A stretch of 64,000 nt of DNA, taken from contig CATNEN010000038.1 in NCBI GenBank assembly GCA_950097015.1, positions 31,682,001 through 31,746,000 of the forward strand, given 5' to 3'. Below the pieces are notes generated by a model, which worked only from the letters and a program-made list of their open reading frames with translations, was not told where the DNA came from and ran no database searches. Origin of the DNA: Macrostomum hystrix. Taxonomy: Eukaryota; Animalia; Platyhelminthes. This document shows positions 13,801 to 27,325 of the stretch, piece after piece. Each line of letters starts with the position of its first letter. Position 1 is the stretch's first letter. The position numbers were made by a program, and so were the translations under genes.

Positions 13801-16800
13801 GAAGTACTTGAATGCGGAAGTACTTGAGTGCGGAAGTACTTGAGTGCGGAAGTACTTGAGTGCGGAAGTACTTGAGTGCGGAAGTACTTGAGTGCGGAAG
13901 TACTTGAGTGCGGAAGTACTTGAGTGCGGAAATACTTGAGTGCGGAAGTACTTGAGTGCGGAAGTACTTATGTAAAGTATTACAAACAACATTTCAACTT
14001 GTGTTTAAAAATGTTTAAAGCTCACCACTGAGCCGTCTCTGCTCTTCGCTACCCTGCTGTGCCAAGCTGTGCAGAGCCTCCAGTATCGCCGGGTACTTGG
14101 CTATCCTCTGCACCGGGGCCTGCATCAGCGAGTTGATGTCCGCGCCGGCCTCGCAGGCCGAAACCGACTGCAGGTGCGGATCGGCGTCACCGGATGAGCC
14201 GTTGGAGCTCTGTTGTTGGAGAAACTGCATCACTGCTGCCGTGTCACTGCCTGCAGTGTGATACAAGCGTACGACTTTTTTAAATTATGACAATAACTAC
14301 TCGTATTAGTAGTAAATTAGTTCCAACCAGGCATGGAGACCAACCCGAATCTAACAACTTGATGCAGGCGAGGCTGTGGGCGCAGAAGGCGCTGTAGAGC
14401 TTGAATTGGTCCTGATAGTGCACGAATGCGGAAGCCAGGCTTAGTAGAGATTTCTGGAATTTAAATTATTGTGCATTGTTTTTTGCGGTAAAGATAAAAC
14501 AGGACTGATGCAACACAAGAACTGACTGAACATCCCCACTGACACCTCACTCCCAGAACTGACACCCACTTTCAGAGCTGACACCTCACTTTCAGAGCTG
14601 ACACCTCACTTTCAGAGCTGACACATATTACATAATAATAATAGTAATTTCAGGAGAGCTGTGGAAAATGGCACATCATTTGGTGACAGTAGAGCCGCAG
14701 CCAGCGAAGAGGCAATTCTGCCCTTTTTGATGTCTCCTGAACACACAGATACCGAACGCAGACACATGCTCACACAAGCCCCGACTTTCTCATCGCCAGG
14801 CAGTGTACACTTCACTGGGCCTTGGAGGTTGGCCCTCAAGGGTGCAAATTGCACGACAAGCCCCCATTAAGCCTTCTCTCCGCGGCTGCGCCCCAAATGA
14901 ATGTGGCCTCGCCGCGGAATCGAGCTTAGGGACATTGGTGCGAGAGGCAAATGCGTTGACCGCTCTGCCACTCACCCCCTCCCTATTACAGAACGGACAC
15001 CCTATCAGTCTCCGCGCACCTTGACATCTCCACCGGAGGCTCCGCTGCTGCTCAAGGCGTGCAGGAACTCGGCATGAAAGGCCGCCAGCCCAGCAACCAC
15101 CTCCGCCAGCTGGCGCAGCTCCCTTGGCGGAGACGGAGGCGAGAACCAATCGCACAGCGGTTCCAGGTAGCGCACAGACAGTGCCCGCAGGCAGTCGACG
15201 TAGACTCGCTCAGTTTCTAGCAGCTCCAGCGTAGCCATTCTCAGACGATTGTCAACGGTTTGTCGGAATAACGAAGGATCACCGACGGCTGCCGGGGCGT
15301 GGGTGGACGAGGCGGATGAATTCGACTGGCACTGACTGCCAGTGTCCGGCGATGATGACACCACGTTTGCCTGGCGGTGGAGTTCAATTTGCTCTTCGTT
15401 TCATTAACTAGAAAGATTATTTTACAGGTCTTACGACCGATCACTCCCTCCCTAGGCTCTGCGACCCTCCGCTCCACTCCTGCGTACAGTCCAGACATCC
15501 ACCAACCTCACTCCCTAGGCTGTGTGACCCTCCGCTCCACTCCTGCGTACAGTCCAGACATCCACCAACCTCACTCCCTAGCCAAGCGACCCTCAGCTCC
15601 ACTCCTGCGTACACACATAATTGTCTTATATTTCAAGCGACTGAGAACCATATCTACCTGTCGCTTTAACTGTTGAGCTCGCCGGGTCGCCGATTCCCCG
15701 GCATCGATGGTTGCCGACGGCTGCAGTCTGGAAGTTCTGCCCTGCTGTATTTTTGAACCCATCAGTTGATTCTGCTGCTGCTGCTGCTGTCGACTAGACC
15801 GAACTAGCAGAGACAAACTGGCCGACTTTTCAAATAGGTCCTCAATGTAGACCATATCCAACTGAGCCACTAGTCTATCATTGACGGCCACCAGTTCGTC
15901 GCCAGGCACCAAGCCGGCCTCGTCCGCCGAGCTTCCGGGTTCGATTCCGGCTACGTAGACGCAGAGAAACTCCCTGCCGTTGGCCGGGTCGCGCTGTAGC
16001 TCAGCTTCGGCTGTCAGGCCGAAATGACGAGCCCCCGGACGCTTCGACATTCGACATAGGCGGCGCTGCTTCTCGCACAATTCAGCGAATTGTAAGTCCT
16101 TCGTGGGGAGAGCGGATGGAATGAGTGAATCCCAATGAACCTGAGTGAATCCCAATGAACCTGAGTGAATCCCAATGAACCTAAGTGAATCCCAATTAAC
16201 CTGAGTGAATCCCAATGAACCTAAGTGAATCCCAATTAACCTGAGTGAATCCCAATTAACCTGAGTGAATCCCAATGAACCTAAGTGAATCCCAATGAAC
16301 CTGAGTGAATCCCAATGAACCTAGGGTGAATCTTCTCGCAGACTAACCGGATTTTCTGCGAGTAGCAATCTGCCAGGCAAAGATACTGCCACACCATCCG
16401 GTCTCGGCCAGGTAAGATCGTAGCTGCACCAGTCCAGACCGCCGCACTCGCGACAGACAGATTGTAATAGTTCGATGACTCGGGTGGTGTCGTTTATGCC
16501 GACAATTGTGGTCTAATTGGATGATGAAAAGATTCAGATCGTTTACCTTGCCCGTACAATGGCGTCACTATAATAGCCAATTATAGCAAACAGTCAATTC
16601 CACGAAAAGCATGTCTCCCCCAGCGCGTTTTGTCAAGATAAGAGCGTCTAGTTTGTCTGATTTTGGGGTTCTATGGTCGCTGACGAGTGTACATTTGTGC
16701 TTCACTCTATCTTGTTTTCTGCGTCTGATTTTGGGGTTCTATGGTCGCTGACGAGTGTACATTTGTGCTTCACTATATCTTGTTTTCTGCGTCTGATTTT

Positions 16801-19800
16801 GGGGTTCTATGGTCGCTGACGAGTGTACATTTGTGCTTCACTCTATCTTGTTTTCTGCGTCTGATTTTGGGGTTCTATGGTCGCTGACGAGTGTACATTT
16901 GTGATCCACTCTATCTAGTTTTCTGCGTCTGATTTTGAGGTTCTATGGTCGCTGACGAGTGTACATTTGTGCTTCACTCTAACTTGTTTTGTGCGTCTGA
17001 TTTTGGGGTTTTATGACCGCTGACGAGTGTACATTCGTGTTCTGTCCTGCCTCGTGCCTACATTTTCCGGGTCATAAAAGGACGTAAAATGGATTAATTT
17101 TATTACACGCTTCATTTCGACATCTTGAAAATTAACTTTAACATGCTTGCCTCTCCTGATGGTAGCCGAATGCTGACAGTTCGACGCTGGAACACCGGAT
17201 TTTGCTGCTGTTGTTGCTGTTGCTGCTGCTGCTGTGGCTGCTGTGGGGGAAGCGGCTGCGGCGGTGAAGCTGACTGTAGCTGTTGATGCTCTTGCTGCGG
17301 CACTGGCTGCTGCTGGTATTGGTTCAAAAACTCTGCAGGTGGTGCAGACGAGTGTCTAGTAAACTGCTGCTGATGCTGCTGTTGTGGTATGTTGGACTCC
17401 TCATTATGTGTGTTCCACGGCAGTGTTGACTGTTTTTGCTGTTGCTGCTGCTGCTGTTGCTGCTGCTGTGGCTGTGGCGTACTAATAGCAGATTTTTGCG
17501 TCCATGGCGTGTCCTGGCCGCTTCCCCCGCCTCCGCCTGCGCCAGCGGCGCGGTGCTGCAGAGTGGCCGTTGTCAATGGAAACCGGGCGCACACGAGCGC
17601 ATGAAATGAAGTGACATTTAAAGGGCCGATCCGGCTGAGTAGTTGCTTCGATGGCTTGGACACGCTCGAGAGTATGTTCTGAATATGAAAACAGTATGGT
17701 TTTGGAAAACAGCACATGGTAAGAGATCTTCTTTAGAAAATCTTGAAGCTTCTCACCTTCGGATTGGGCATCTCGTTGCCAAGCAGCGAAGCCAGGTAGC
17801 AACGATACCTATATAATTCCACCATCAATCGTTCAACATTCTCTTCCCATTGCTCGATGTCTCTAGTGATTGTCTGCCGACTGCGGGCATCTCGAACTGC
17901 CGACAGTTGGAGCTCGGCCATTGTACGCATTTTCCCATCCTAGACAGTTGAGGATGCAATGATAAACGATCAGCTGAATGCATTGTTAACAGTAGAAAGA
18001 TTAAGATTTTTTCTCGCCAAAGTGGTTTTTAAGAGGTCTTCGACAAGAATCGCTGAATATGTCGACGAGGCTGAAAACTTTGATCCACATGGCGGACTTT
18101 CACGAAAATCGGCCATTCGGTTTGGGTATTTGAAATAGCCCCAAGGTCTTTCTACTGTAACTAATGTACACACCCATGATGTACACGAATCACAAACCAA
18201 ATCCACGCTGCACTCCAGCTTGGCAATCTCGGAGCGCAACAAGCGCGCCGTGTCCATTTTGCCGCGCTGCCTGGCGAACAGCGAGGCGCACGCGGTGTGC
18301 AAAGCCGCCACCCAGGCGTCCATCTCCTCCTTGCTCGTGGCCTGCAATAGATACGCGTCACCGAAAGCTGTGCTCAGGGAGAGCACGTGCTCACGCTTCG
18401 GATGCTCAGGCATAGCCTGGGCGATGCAGCCCTCGATGACTGCAATAAACAATGTTGGGCCATTAAGTTAGTCACAGTCGACTAAATTGAACCGTTCCAA
18501 ATCTATTAAAAAAGTAAAAAAAGATCATGCTATTATCAGCTTGGTATGTTCTGCACAGCCTGTAATGTCTGCATCCTGCCTGAATTTATGCAACTCCAGA
18601 TCTGTCATCTGCCTGACGTTAATCTACTGAAGGTGTGTCTTCTGCCTGACGTTAATCTACTGAAGGTGTGTCTTCTACCTGACGTTAATCTACTGAAGGT
18701 GTGTCTTCTGCCTGTGGTTAATCCACTGAAGGTGTGTCTTCTGCCTGACGTTAATCTACTGAAGGTGTATCTTCTGCCTGACGTTAATCTACTGAAGATC
18801 TGTCTTCTGCCTGACGTTAATCTACTGAAGGTGTGTCTTCTGCCTGACGTTAATCTACTGAAGGTGTGTCTTCTGCCTGAGGTTAATCCACTGAAGGTGT
18901 GTCTTCTGCCTGACGTTAATCTAGTGAAGATGTGTCTTCTGCTTGACGTTAATCTACTGAAGGTGTGTTTTCAGCCTGAGTACTGCGATTTAAGGAGGCC
19001 ACTCACTCAAACAGAGCCTCGGATGCGACAACTCCATCGATGCTCCAGGAGTGCCTCCGACCACGCTAGCATCTTGATAGTCAGCGGCTCCTATTGCGGC
19101 CGCCATTGAAGCTGGCAGAGCCAGAGACAGAGAAGAAGCGCCAGTTGAGTCGGATTTGTGCAGCATCAGGACGGTGCCCCGAAGGCTTGCCCAATAGGGG
19201 CGCCATTTGCGGTGCGGCGCGGTCTCAACACGCCGACGCTTGTGTACAAGCCAGTGCTTCACGTTGAGCCAGCTGGTTCAAGGAGTTGAGTTATGTTGAG
19301 GTCTAATCAGACATCAGTGGTTGAGTAGAGGTGAGGTCTCAGACATCAGTGGTTGTAGAGTAGAGGTGAGGTCTAATCAGACATCAGTGGTTGTAGAGTA
19401 GAGGTGAGGTCCCAGACATCAGTAGTTGAGTAGAGGTGAGGTCTCAGACATCAGTGGTTGAGTAGAGGTGAGGTCTCAGACATCAGTGGTTGTAGAGTAG
19501 AGGTGAGGTCTCAGACATCAGTGGTTGTAGAGTAGAGGTGAGGTCTCAGACATCAGTGGTTGTAGAGTAGAGGTGAGGTCTCAGACATCAGTGGTTGTAG
19601 AGTAGAGGTGAGGTCTCAGACATCAGTGGTTGAGTAGAGGTGAGGTCTCAGACATCAGTGATTGTTGAGTAGAGGTGAGGTCTAATCAGACATCAGTGGT
19701 TGAGTAGAGGTGAGGTCTCAGACATCAGTGGTTGTAGAGTAGAGGTGAGGTCTAATCAGACATCAGTGGTTGTAGAGTAGAGGTGAGGTCTCAGACATCA

Positions 19801-21723
19801 GTGGTTGTAGAGTAGAGGTGAGGTCTCAGACATCAGTGGTTGTAGAGTAGAGGTGAGGTCTCAGACATCAGTAGTTGAGTAGAGGTGAGGTCTCAGACAT
19901 CAGTGGTTGAGTAGAGGTGAGGTCTCAGACATCAGTGATTGTTGAGTAGAGGTGAGGTCTCAGACATCAGTGGTTGTAGAGTAGAGGTGAGGTCTCAGAC
20001 ATCAGTGGTTGTAGAGTAGAGGTGAGGTCTCAGACATCAGTGGTTGTAGAGTAGAGGTGAGGTCTCAGACATCAGTGGTTGTAGAGTAGAGGTGAGGTCT
20101 CAGACATCAGTGATTGTTGAGTAGAGGTGAGGTCTAATCAGACATCAGTGGTTGAGTAGAGGTGAGGTCTCAGACATCAGTGGTTGTAGAGTAGAGGTGA
20201 GGTCTAATCAGACATCAGTGGTTGTAGAGTAGAGGTGAGGTCTCAGACATCAGTGGTTGTAGAGTAGAGGTGAGGTCTCAGACATCAGTGGTTGTTGAGT
20301 AGAGGTGAGGTCTCAGACATCAGTGGTTGAGTAGAGGTGAGGTCTCAGACATCAGTGGTTGAGTAGAGGTGAGGTCTCAGACATCAGTGGTTGAGTAGAG
20401 GTGAGGTCTCAGACATCAGTGGTTGAGTAGAGGTGAGGTCTCAGACATCAGTGGTTGAGTAGAGGTGAGGTCTCAGACATCAGTGGTTGTAGAGTAGAGG
20501 TGAGGTCTCAGACATCAGTGGTTGTAGAGTAGAGGTGAGGTCTCAGACATCAGTGGTTGTAGAGTAGAGGTGAGGTCTCAGACATCAGTGATTGTTGAGT
20601 AGAGGTGAGGTCTAATCAGACATCAGTGGTTGAGTAGAGGTGAGGTCTCAGACATCAGTGGTTGTAGAGTAGAGGTGAGGTCTAATCAGACATCAGTGGT
20701 TGTAGAGTAGAGGTGAGGTCTCAGACATCAGTGGTTGTAGAGTAGAGGTGAGGTCTCAGACATCAGTGGTTGTTGAGTAGAGGTGAGGTCTCAGACATCA
20801 GTGGTTGAGTAGAGGTGAGGTCTCAGACATCAGTGGTTGTAGAGTAGAGGTGAGGTCTCAGACATCAGTGGTTGTAGAGTAGAGGTGAGGTCTAATCAGC
20901 CATCAGTGGTTGTAGAGTAGAGGTGAGGTCTCAGACATCAGTGGTTGTAGAGTAGAGGTGAGGTCTCAGACATCAGTGGTTGTAGAGTAGAGGTGAGGTC
21001 TCAGACATCAGTGGTTGTTGAGTAGAGGTGAGGTCTCAGACATCAGTGGTTGAGTCGCCACTGTCTGTAGAAAGTTCTTTAGTGTTCTCAAAGCTCACCC
21101 GGTCTTTCTGACGGCGCAGTCGAATCTCTCGGTCCTGTCGAAAGCTGCCGCGGTCTCCTTCTCCGACTGTCCCAGACCGTGGCCGGTGAGGCTGTCAGCT
21201 GATTCGCTGTTGTCGTCCAGCTCGTTGGTGTCCGCCGTACTCCAAGCTGACTGCAAATGTTGTGATGATTTGCGAGATTTCTGATCCATGCTGGACATTG
21301 GCAGGGAATCTACAGTAGCTGAAAAATTCTTCAAAGCAACTGCGAAGACGCAGTCACACGGGTGCTAAGATATGCCTTAGAATAGATTAGCAATCTTTTC
21401 AGTTTGAAGGGAAGTAAAAGCTTTTATGTTGCAACTTTTACTATATTTTCTAACCCCTCTCGAGTATAAGGTAGCTTGTCTGGTCAGACGGGTGGGGATT
21501 GGATAGGAGTTTAGTTTTCCGCGTCTCTACAATGTGATTCTATCTTATTTCTCGTCAACTCGACGGTTGTATAGTCCGGTAGCGAATCACAAGGACACCT
21601 TTTTTCCCAATCTCTCCCTCACTCTCCCTCTCTCTCTGTTTAGCTTAAGCGTTCCGTATAATTTCCAGCAGCATTCCCATATTTCCATAGTCCAGTAGGG
21701 CGTGTGACAGCCTTCCCCAAGCG

Positions 21724-21760
<37 letters not shown>

Positions 21761-24700
21761 TGTTGCTTGACGATAATATCCATTTGCAAAGAAGGCGAGG
21801 CGAGGCGCAGGGCCATTGTGTGGGCTATGGGACCCTCGTGGGAGGCAGCACATGCCGTCGCGGTAAATGTTCCAGAGACCATGCCGTGTGCGTTGTCTAG
21901 GATTCCAGGGGTTGAAAGTGAACTTGGGCCCAACAATGTTTTATTATCAATGGTATAGTCCCTATAGGGGCCGCGTTTTTTAAACCAGAAATCTCTTCTC
22001 CTTTTCAAGCAGGTCGCGTAGCATTGCGTATTTGAAGGGAATATCTGGCAGAAGGCGAGAAACTAAAGTGCTAGTGTGTGCTTGAATGCCAAGGTATATG
22101 CTGATATGTATGATTTAAAGTTCGACGTGGGTTCGATTCCCGACTCCTGAAAGGAGCCATTTGTGTCTCTTTAACTCTGCGTTGCTTCAGTTCACCCTGC
22201 TGTCAAATAGGAGCTGGGGTAATTGAGGGTGGGTGTGGCGTCTATCCCAGTCCATGGACTGAACAGCGGTACGCAACCTTCATCAGGCATAATAATAATA
22301 ATATGCGGTAGTGTGTTCAAAACTCACACGAAAGTATACAGCTAGGTTACATTGTGAGCAGTTTGAAGAGAAATCCAAATGCCTCAACTTAATTTAATGC
22401 AACTAAGGCAGCAGAAAATTGTTAAATTAATTATATCCTGTCGCGTACCTCAAAACGCCCGGAGATCTGTCGAGAACGGCTTTGAGATCGCGATGATTGC
22501 TGCTGTTGCTGCATCATTAATCTGCTGCTACTGCTGCTTCCAACAATTGCGGCTGAAAATGTGCAAGCGAGATAATTTTATGTAAATTCAGTTTAAAAAC
22601 GTTGAGAAATTTGTTAATTTATCAATTTATTCGGTCAAATTTTCTGTTTAGAACCATTGGCTACAGAAGAGCAAGCACTAATAAATATTCTATTTTCCCT
22701 TGCGAGTTCAGTTCGCGGCAACTTTGCCCCTAAAATTTGACGAATCGATTTGTCAAGAAGAAATATCAGTTGGGATGATTAATATCCTGAGGTGAGAAGG
22801 TTTCAGTATCCTGAGGTGACGAGGGTTCAGTATCCTGAGGTGAGGATAGTTCAGTATCCTGAGGTGAGGAGGGTTCAGTATCCTGAGGTGAGAAGGTTTC
22901 AGTATCCTGAGGTGACGAGGGTTCAGTATCCTGAGGTGAGGATAGTTCAGTATCCTGAGGTGAGAAGGTTTCAGTATCCTGAGGTGACGAGGGTTCAGTA
23001 TCCTGAGGTGAGGATAGTTCAGTATCCTGAGGTGAGGAGGGTTCAGTATCCTGAGGTGAGAAGGTTTCAGTATCCTGAGGTGACGAGGGTTCAGTATCCT
23101 GAGGTGAGGATAGTTCAGTATCCTGAGGTGAGGAGGGTTCAGTATCCTGAGGTGAGGAGGGTTCAGTATCCTGAGGTGAGGAGGGTTCAGTATCCTGAGG
23201 TGAGGAAGGTTCAGTGTCCTGAGGTGAGGAGGGTTCAGTGTCCTGAGGTGAGGAGGGTTCAGTATCCTGAGATGAGGGGGGTTCAGTATCCTGAGGTGAG
23301 GAGGGTTCAGTATCCTGAGGTGAGGGGGGTTCAGTATCCTGAGGTGAGGAGGGTTCAGTATCCTGAGGTGAGGAGGGTTCAGTATCCTGAGGTGAGGATA
23401 GTTCAGTATTCTGAGGTGAGGAGGGTTCAGTATCCTGAGGTGAGGAGGGTTCAGTATCCTGAGGTGAGGAGGGTTCAGTATCCTGAGGTGAGGAGGGTTC
23501 AGTATCCTGAGGTGAGGAGGGTTCAGTATCCTGAGGTGAGGAGGGTTCAGCATCCTGAGGTGAGGAGGGTTCAGTATCCTGAGGTGAGGAGGGTTCAGCA
23601 TCCTGAGGTGAGGAGGGTTCAGCATCCTGAGGTGAGGAGGATTCAGTATCCTGAGGTGAGGAGGATTCAGTATTCTGAGGTGAGGACACTTCAGTATCCT
23701 GAGGTGAGGAGGGTTCAGTATCCTGAGGTGAGGAGGGTTCAGTATCCTGAGGTGAGGAGGGTTCAGTATCCTGAGGTGAGGAAGGTTCAGTATCCTGAGG
23801 TGAGGATAGTTCAGTATTCTGAGGTGAGGAGGGTTCAGTATCCTGAGGTGAGGAGGGTTCAGTATCCTGAGGTGAGGACACTTCAGTATCCTGAGGTGAG
23901 GAGTGTTCAGTATCCTGAGGTGAGGAGTGTTCAGTATCCTGAGGTGAGGAGGGTTCAGTATCCTGAGGTGAGGAAGGTTCAGTATCCTGAGGTGAGGATA
24001 GTTCAGTATTCTGAGGTGAGGAGGGTTCAGTATCCTGAGGTGAGGAGGGTTCAGTATCCTGAGGTGAGGATAGTTCAGTATCCTGAGGTGAGGAGTGTTC
24101 AGTATCCTGAGGTGAGGAGTGTTCAGTATCCTGAGGTGAGGAGTGTTCAGTATCCTGAGGTGAGGAGTGTTCAGTATCCTGAGGTGAGGAGTGTTCAGTA
24201 TCCTGAGGTGAGGAGTGTTCAGTATCCTGAGGTGAGGAGGGTTCAGTATCCTGAGGTGAGGAGGGTTCAGTATCCTGAGGTGAGGAGTGTTCAGTATCCT
24301 GAGGTGAGGAGGGTTCAGTATCCTGAGGTGAGGAGGGTTCAGTATCCTGAGGTGAGGAGGGTTCAGTATCCTGAGGTGAGGAGTGTTCAGTATCCTGAGG
24401 TGAGGAGGGTTCAGTATCCTGAGGTGAGGAGGGTTCAGTATCCTGAGGTGAGGAGGGTTCAGTATCCTGAGGTGAGGAGGGTTCAGTATCCTGAGGTGAG
24501 GAGGGTTCAGTGTCCTGAGGTGAGGAGGGTTCAGTATCCTGAGGTGAGGAGGGTTCAGTATCCTGAGGTGAGGAGGGTTCAGTATCCTGAGGTGAGGAGG
24601 GTTCAGTATCCTGAGGTGAGGAGGATTCAGTATCCTGAGGTGAGGAGGGTTCAGTATCCTGAGGTGAGGAGGGTTCAGTATCCTGAGGTGAGGAGGGTTC

Positions 24701-25146
24701 AGTATCCTGAGGTGAGGAGGGTTCAGTATCCTGAGGTGAGGAGGATTCAGTATTCTGAGGTGAGGAGGGTTCAGTATCCTGAGGTGAGTAATTTCTTAAT
24801 TTCCTGAGGTGAGGTTCCCTAATTTATAAGGAAAAAATAATATAATTTGGAATTAACAAAGATTTTACCTTCCACAGTTGAATCGCTTGTAGCCGGCAAT
24901 CTCAAACTACCAACTCGCTTTGGCTGCTGTTGCTGCTGTTGCTGTTGCTGCTGCTCAACCTGGCGATTATCAAGCCCACCCAACAAGCGATCTAATGTTC
25001 TGCGGTCGATAGCGATATCCGCATTTTCCTCCTCATCGTCCATGTCTAAATTTGGTTGTAGTTGCTGCTGCTGATGCTGCTGCTGCTCGTGGTGAAGCGA
25101 CCTGGCTTCCATTGATCGACTTCTACCGGCTGCGAAACCTCGATGG

Positions 25147-25181
<35 letters not shown>

Positions 25182-27291
25182 ACGATAACGTTGGTCGGTG
25201 TGGCTGTGATGCTGGTGACTGCTATCAGTGCCGTCGCAAGTGCAATTTCTAGCCGATTTTGATGTTGAGGGCGATATCTGACAATTTGTTTTGAGTACAG
25301 TTTCAAGGAATATTTGCTAGTAGCTATATTCTTTTTATTTTATAACCAGGTAGCGAGAGCTTTGGACTGAGAATTCTGGAGTTTTCATCTCAGAAAATTT
25401 GTCTCATTAAAAAAGGCATTTTCTTGTTACTTCTTGCTTACAATAAATGACTTTTAATCAGGCCCAACTGAGCAAAGTTTAACTAGCTATCTACCTTACA
25501 TCTTTATTAAGGATTTTCGTTTTCCCTCTTCTTTTCGGGTTTTTAGTTTCTCCCGGTTTTCCGTTTTTTATTTAAGATTGCCAGATTTCATGTTGTTCCC
25601 AGTTTTTTCCGGCTTTTTTTCTCCGGGTTTTCGGTTTTCTCCGGGTTTTTAGTTTCTCCGGGTTTTTAGTTTCTCCGGGTTTTTAGTTTCTCCGGGTTTT
25701 TAGTTTCTCCGGGTTTTTAGTTTCTCCGGGTTTTTAGTTTCTCCGGGTTTTCGGTTTTCTCCGGGTTTTCTTTTTTCTCCGGGTTTTTAGTTTCTCCGGG
25801 TTTTCGGTTTTCTCCGGGTTTTCTTTTTTCTCCGGGTTTTTAGTTTCTCAGGGTTTTCAGTTTTCTCCGGGTTTTCTGTTTCTTTCTAGTTTTCCAGATT
25901 TCATGTTTTTCCCGGTTTTCTTCTTTTCCGGCTTTTCTGTTTTCTCAGGGTTATAAGTTTTCTGAATTTCATGTTCTGGGTTTTCAGCACTTCCGGGATT
26001 TCAGAAATCCAGTTTTCCTTGTTTTCAGTATACCAGCTTTTTTAAAAGATTTTCTTGGTTTTCGCTACATAAAATAAGACCCACATATTTTCGGTTTTAA
26101 CTCATGCGTGTTTTTTTAGTTTTGTGTTGGCTTTTGGCGTCCGTAAATAGACAATGAATTAATTATTTTAATAGTTCAAAATATTACTGAGGTATGAAAC
26201 TGTTTGTTGGAATTTCTTTTAGAAAAACATTTTTTTAATACTGAATATGTTTGTGTGCGTTAGGCCTAAATTTGGCTTTTTTGTTTGCTAATTACGAAGT
26301 ATTCTATGCAGACATCTTTATGTACTGTAAAGTTAATACGCTACTGTTAGTAGGCATATACGGACATGCTTTTCACACCAATCGATTCTAAGCCAGACAA
26401 GCCGCAGTGCAAAGGGGGCGCGGAAAAATGCGAACTGGAAACATGAAATAAAATGAGAGGAGCGAGAGAGAAACGGGAGTTTCGGGAAGCTGGATGGAGT
26501 GCCCCCCCGACTAACCTGATTATCGCCCTGCATTAGCCGCCCAAATTGATTTTGCCAAGCCTCCGACTAGAAATGAAATTATGAGCTTGGCGGGACTGAT
26601 GTTTTGTTTGCTCCAGATCCCAACTCAACATTCTGACTGCCTTTTTTCTGTTGTTTTGCTCTGGATGCTCGTTTTCTGGTTCGTTTTAGATTTTGTTTTT
26701 CTGGGCTGAAACTTTTTTGATTGATTGATTGGTTGGTTATTGATCTGACTGGTTGGCGAAATGCGGTCACGGGACTGATTGGAATATAGAACAGAAGGCT
26801 TGACACATTGTATCTACTCTATTCTGTTATATTCTATTCTATCCTGCAGTTATCCAATAGCTCAATCCTACTAACCCAATCACAAACCTACTCACCCCAC
26901 CACGAACCTACTCACGCCACCACGAACCTACTCACCCCACCACGAACCTACTCAGCCCACCACAAACCTACTCAGCCCACCACAAACCTACTCAGCCCAC
27001 CACAAACCTACTCACAAACCTACTCGCCCCACCACAAACCTACTCACACCACCACAAACCTACTCACAAACCTACTCACCACACAAGAAACCTACTCACC
27101 CCACCACAGACCAAAACCATAAAAATGTGAGCACATTAATAATGGTCTGCTCAGCGCGCACTTATTAAATCAGGGAGTTTTATCAGCTTTCTGGTTCCTG
27201 AAAAAAGTTACATTGAAACTATAGCAGCACAATGCCCTGGGCGGATAAATAATTCAAGCTGTCACTGCCATACAGACAGAGAAACATTGCC

Positions 27292-27325
<34 letters not shown>

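Noticed and set aside
14095-14135. DH motif MQAPVQR (Ala in place of the usual Lys) as evidence of an inactive GEF
   Set aside because: This position varies among DH domains, and the ETE, QR..KY and HVNE motifs are intact.
19298-21055. CRISPR-like appearance of the 32-46-bp repeats (also 55490-56340)
   Set aside because: Units are head-to-tail with no unique spacers, there are no cas genes, and the context is eukaryotic.
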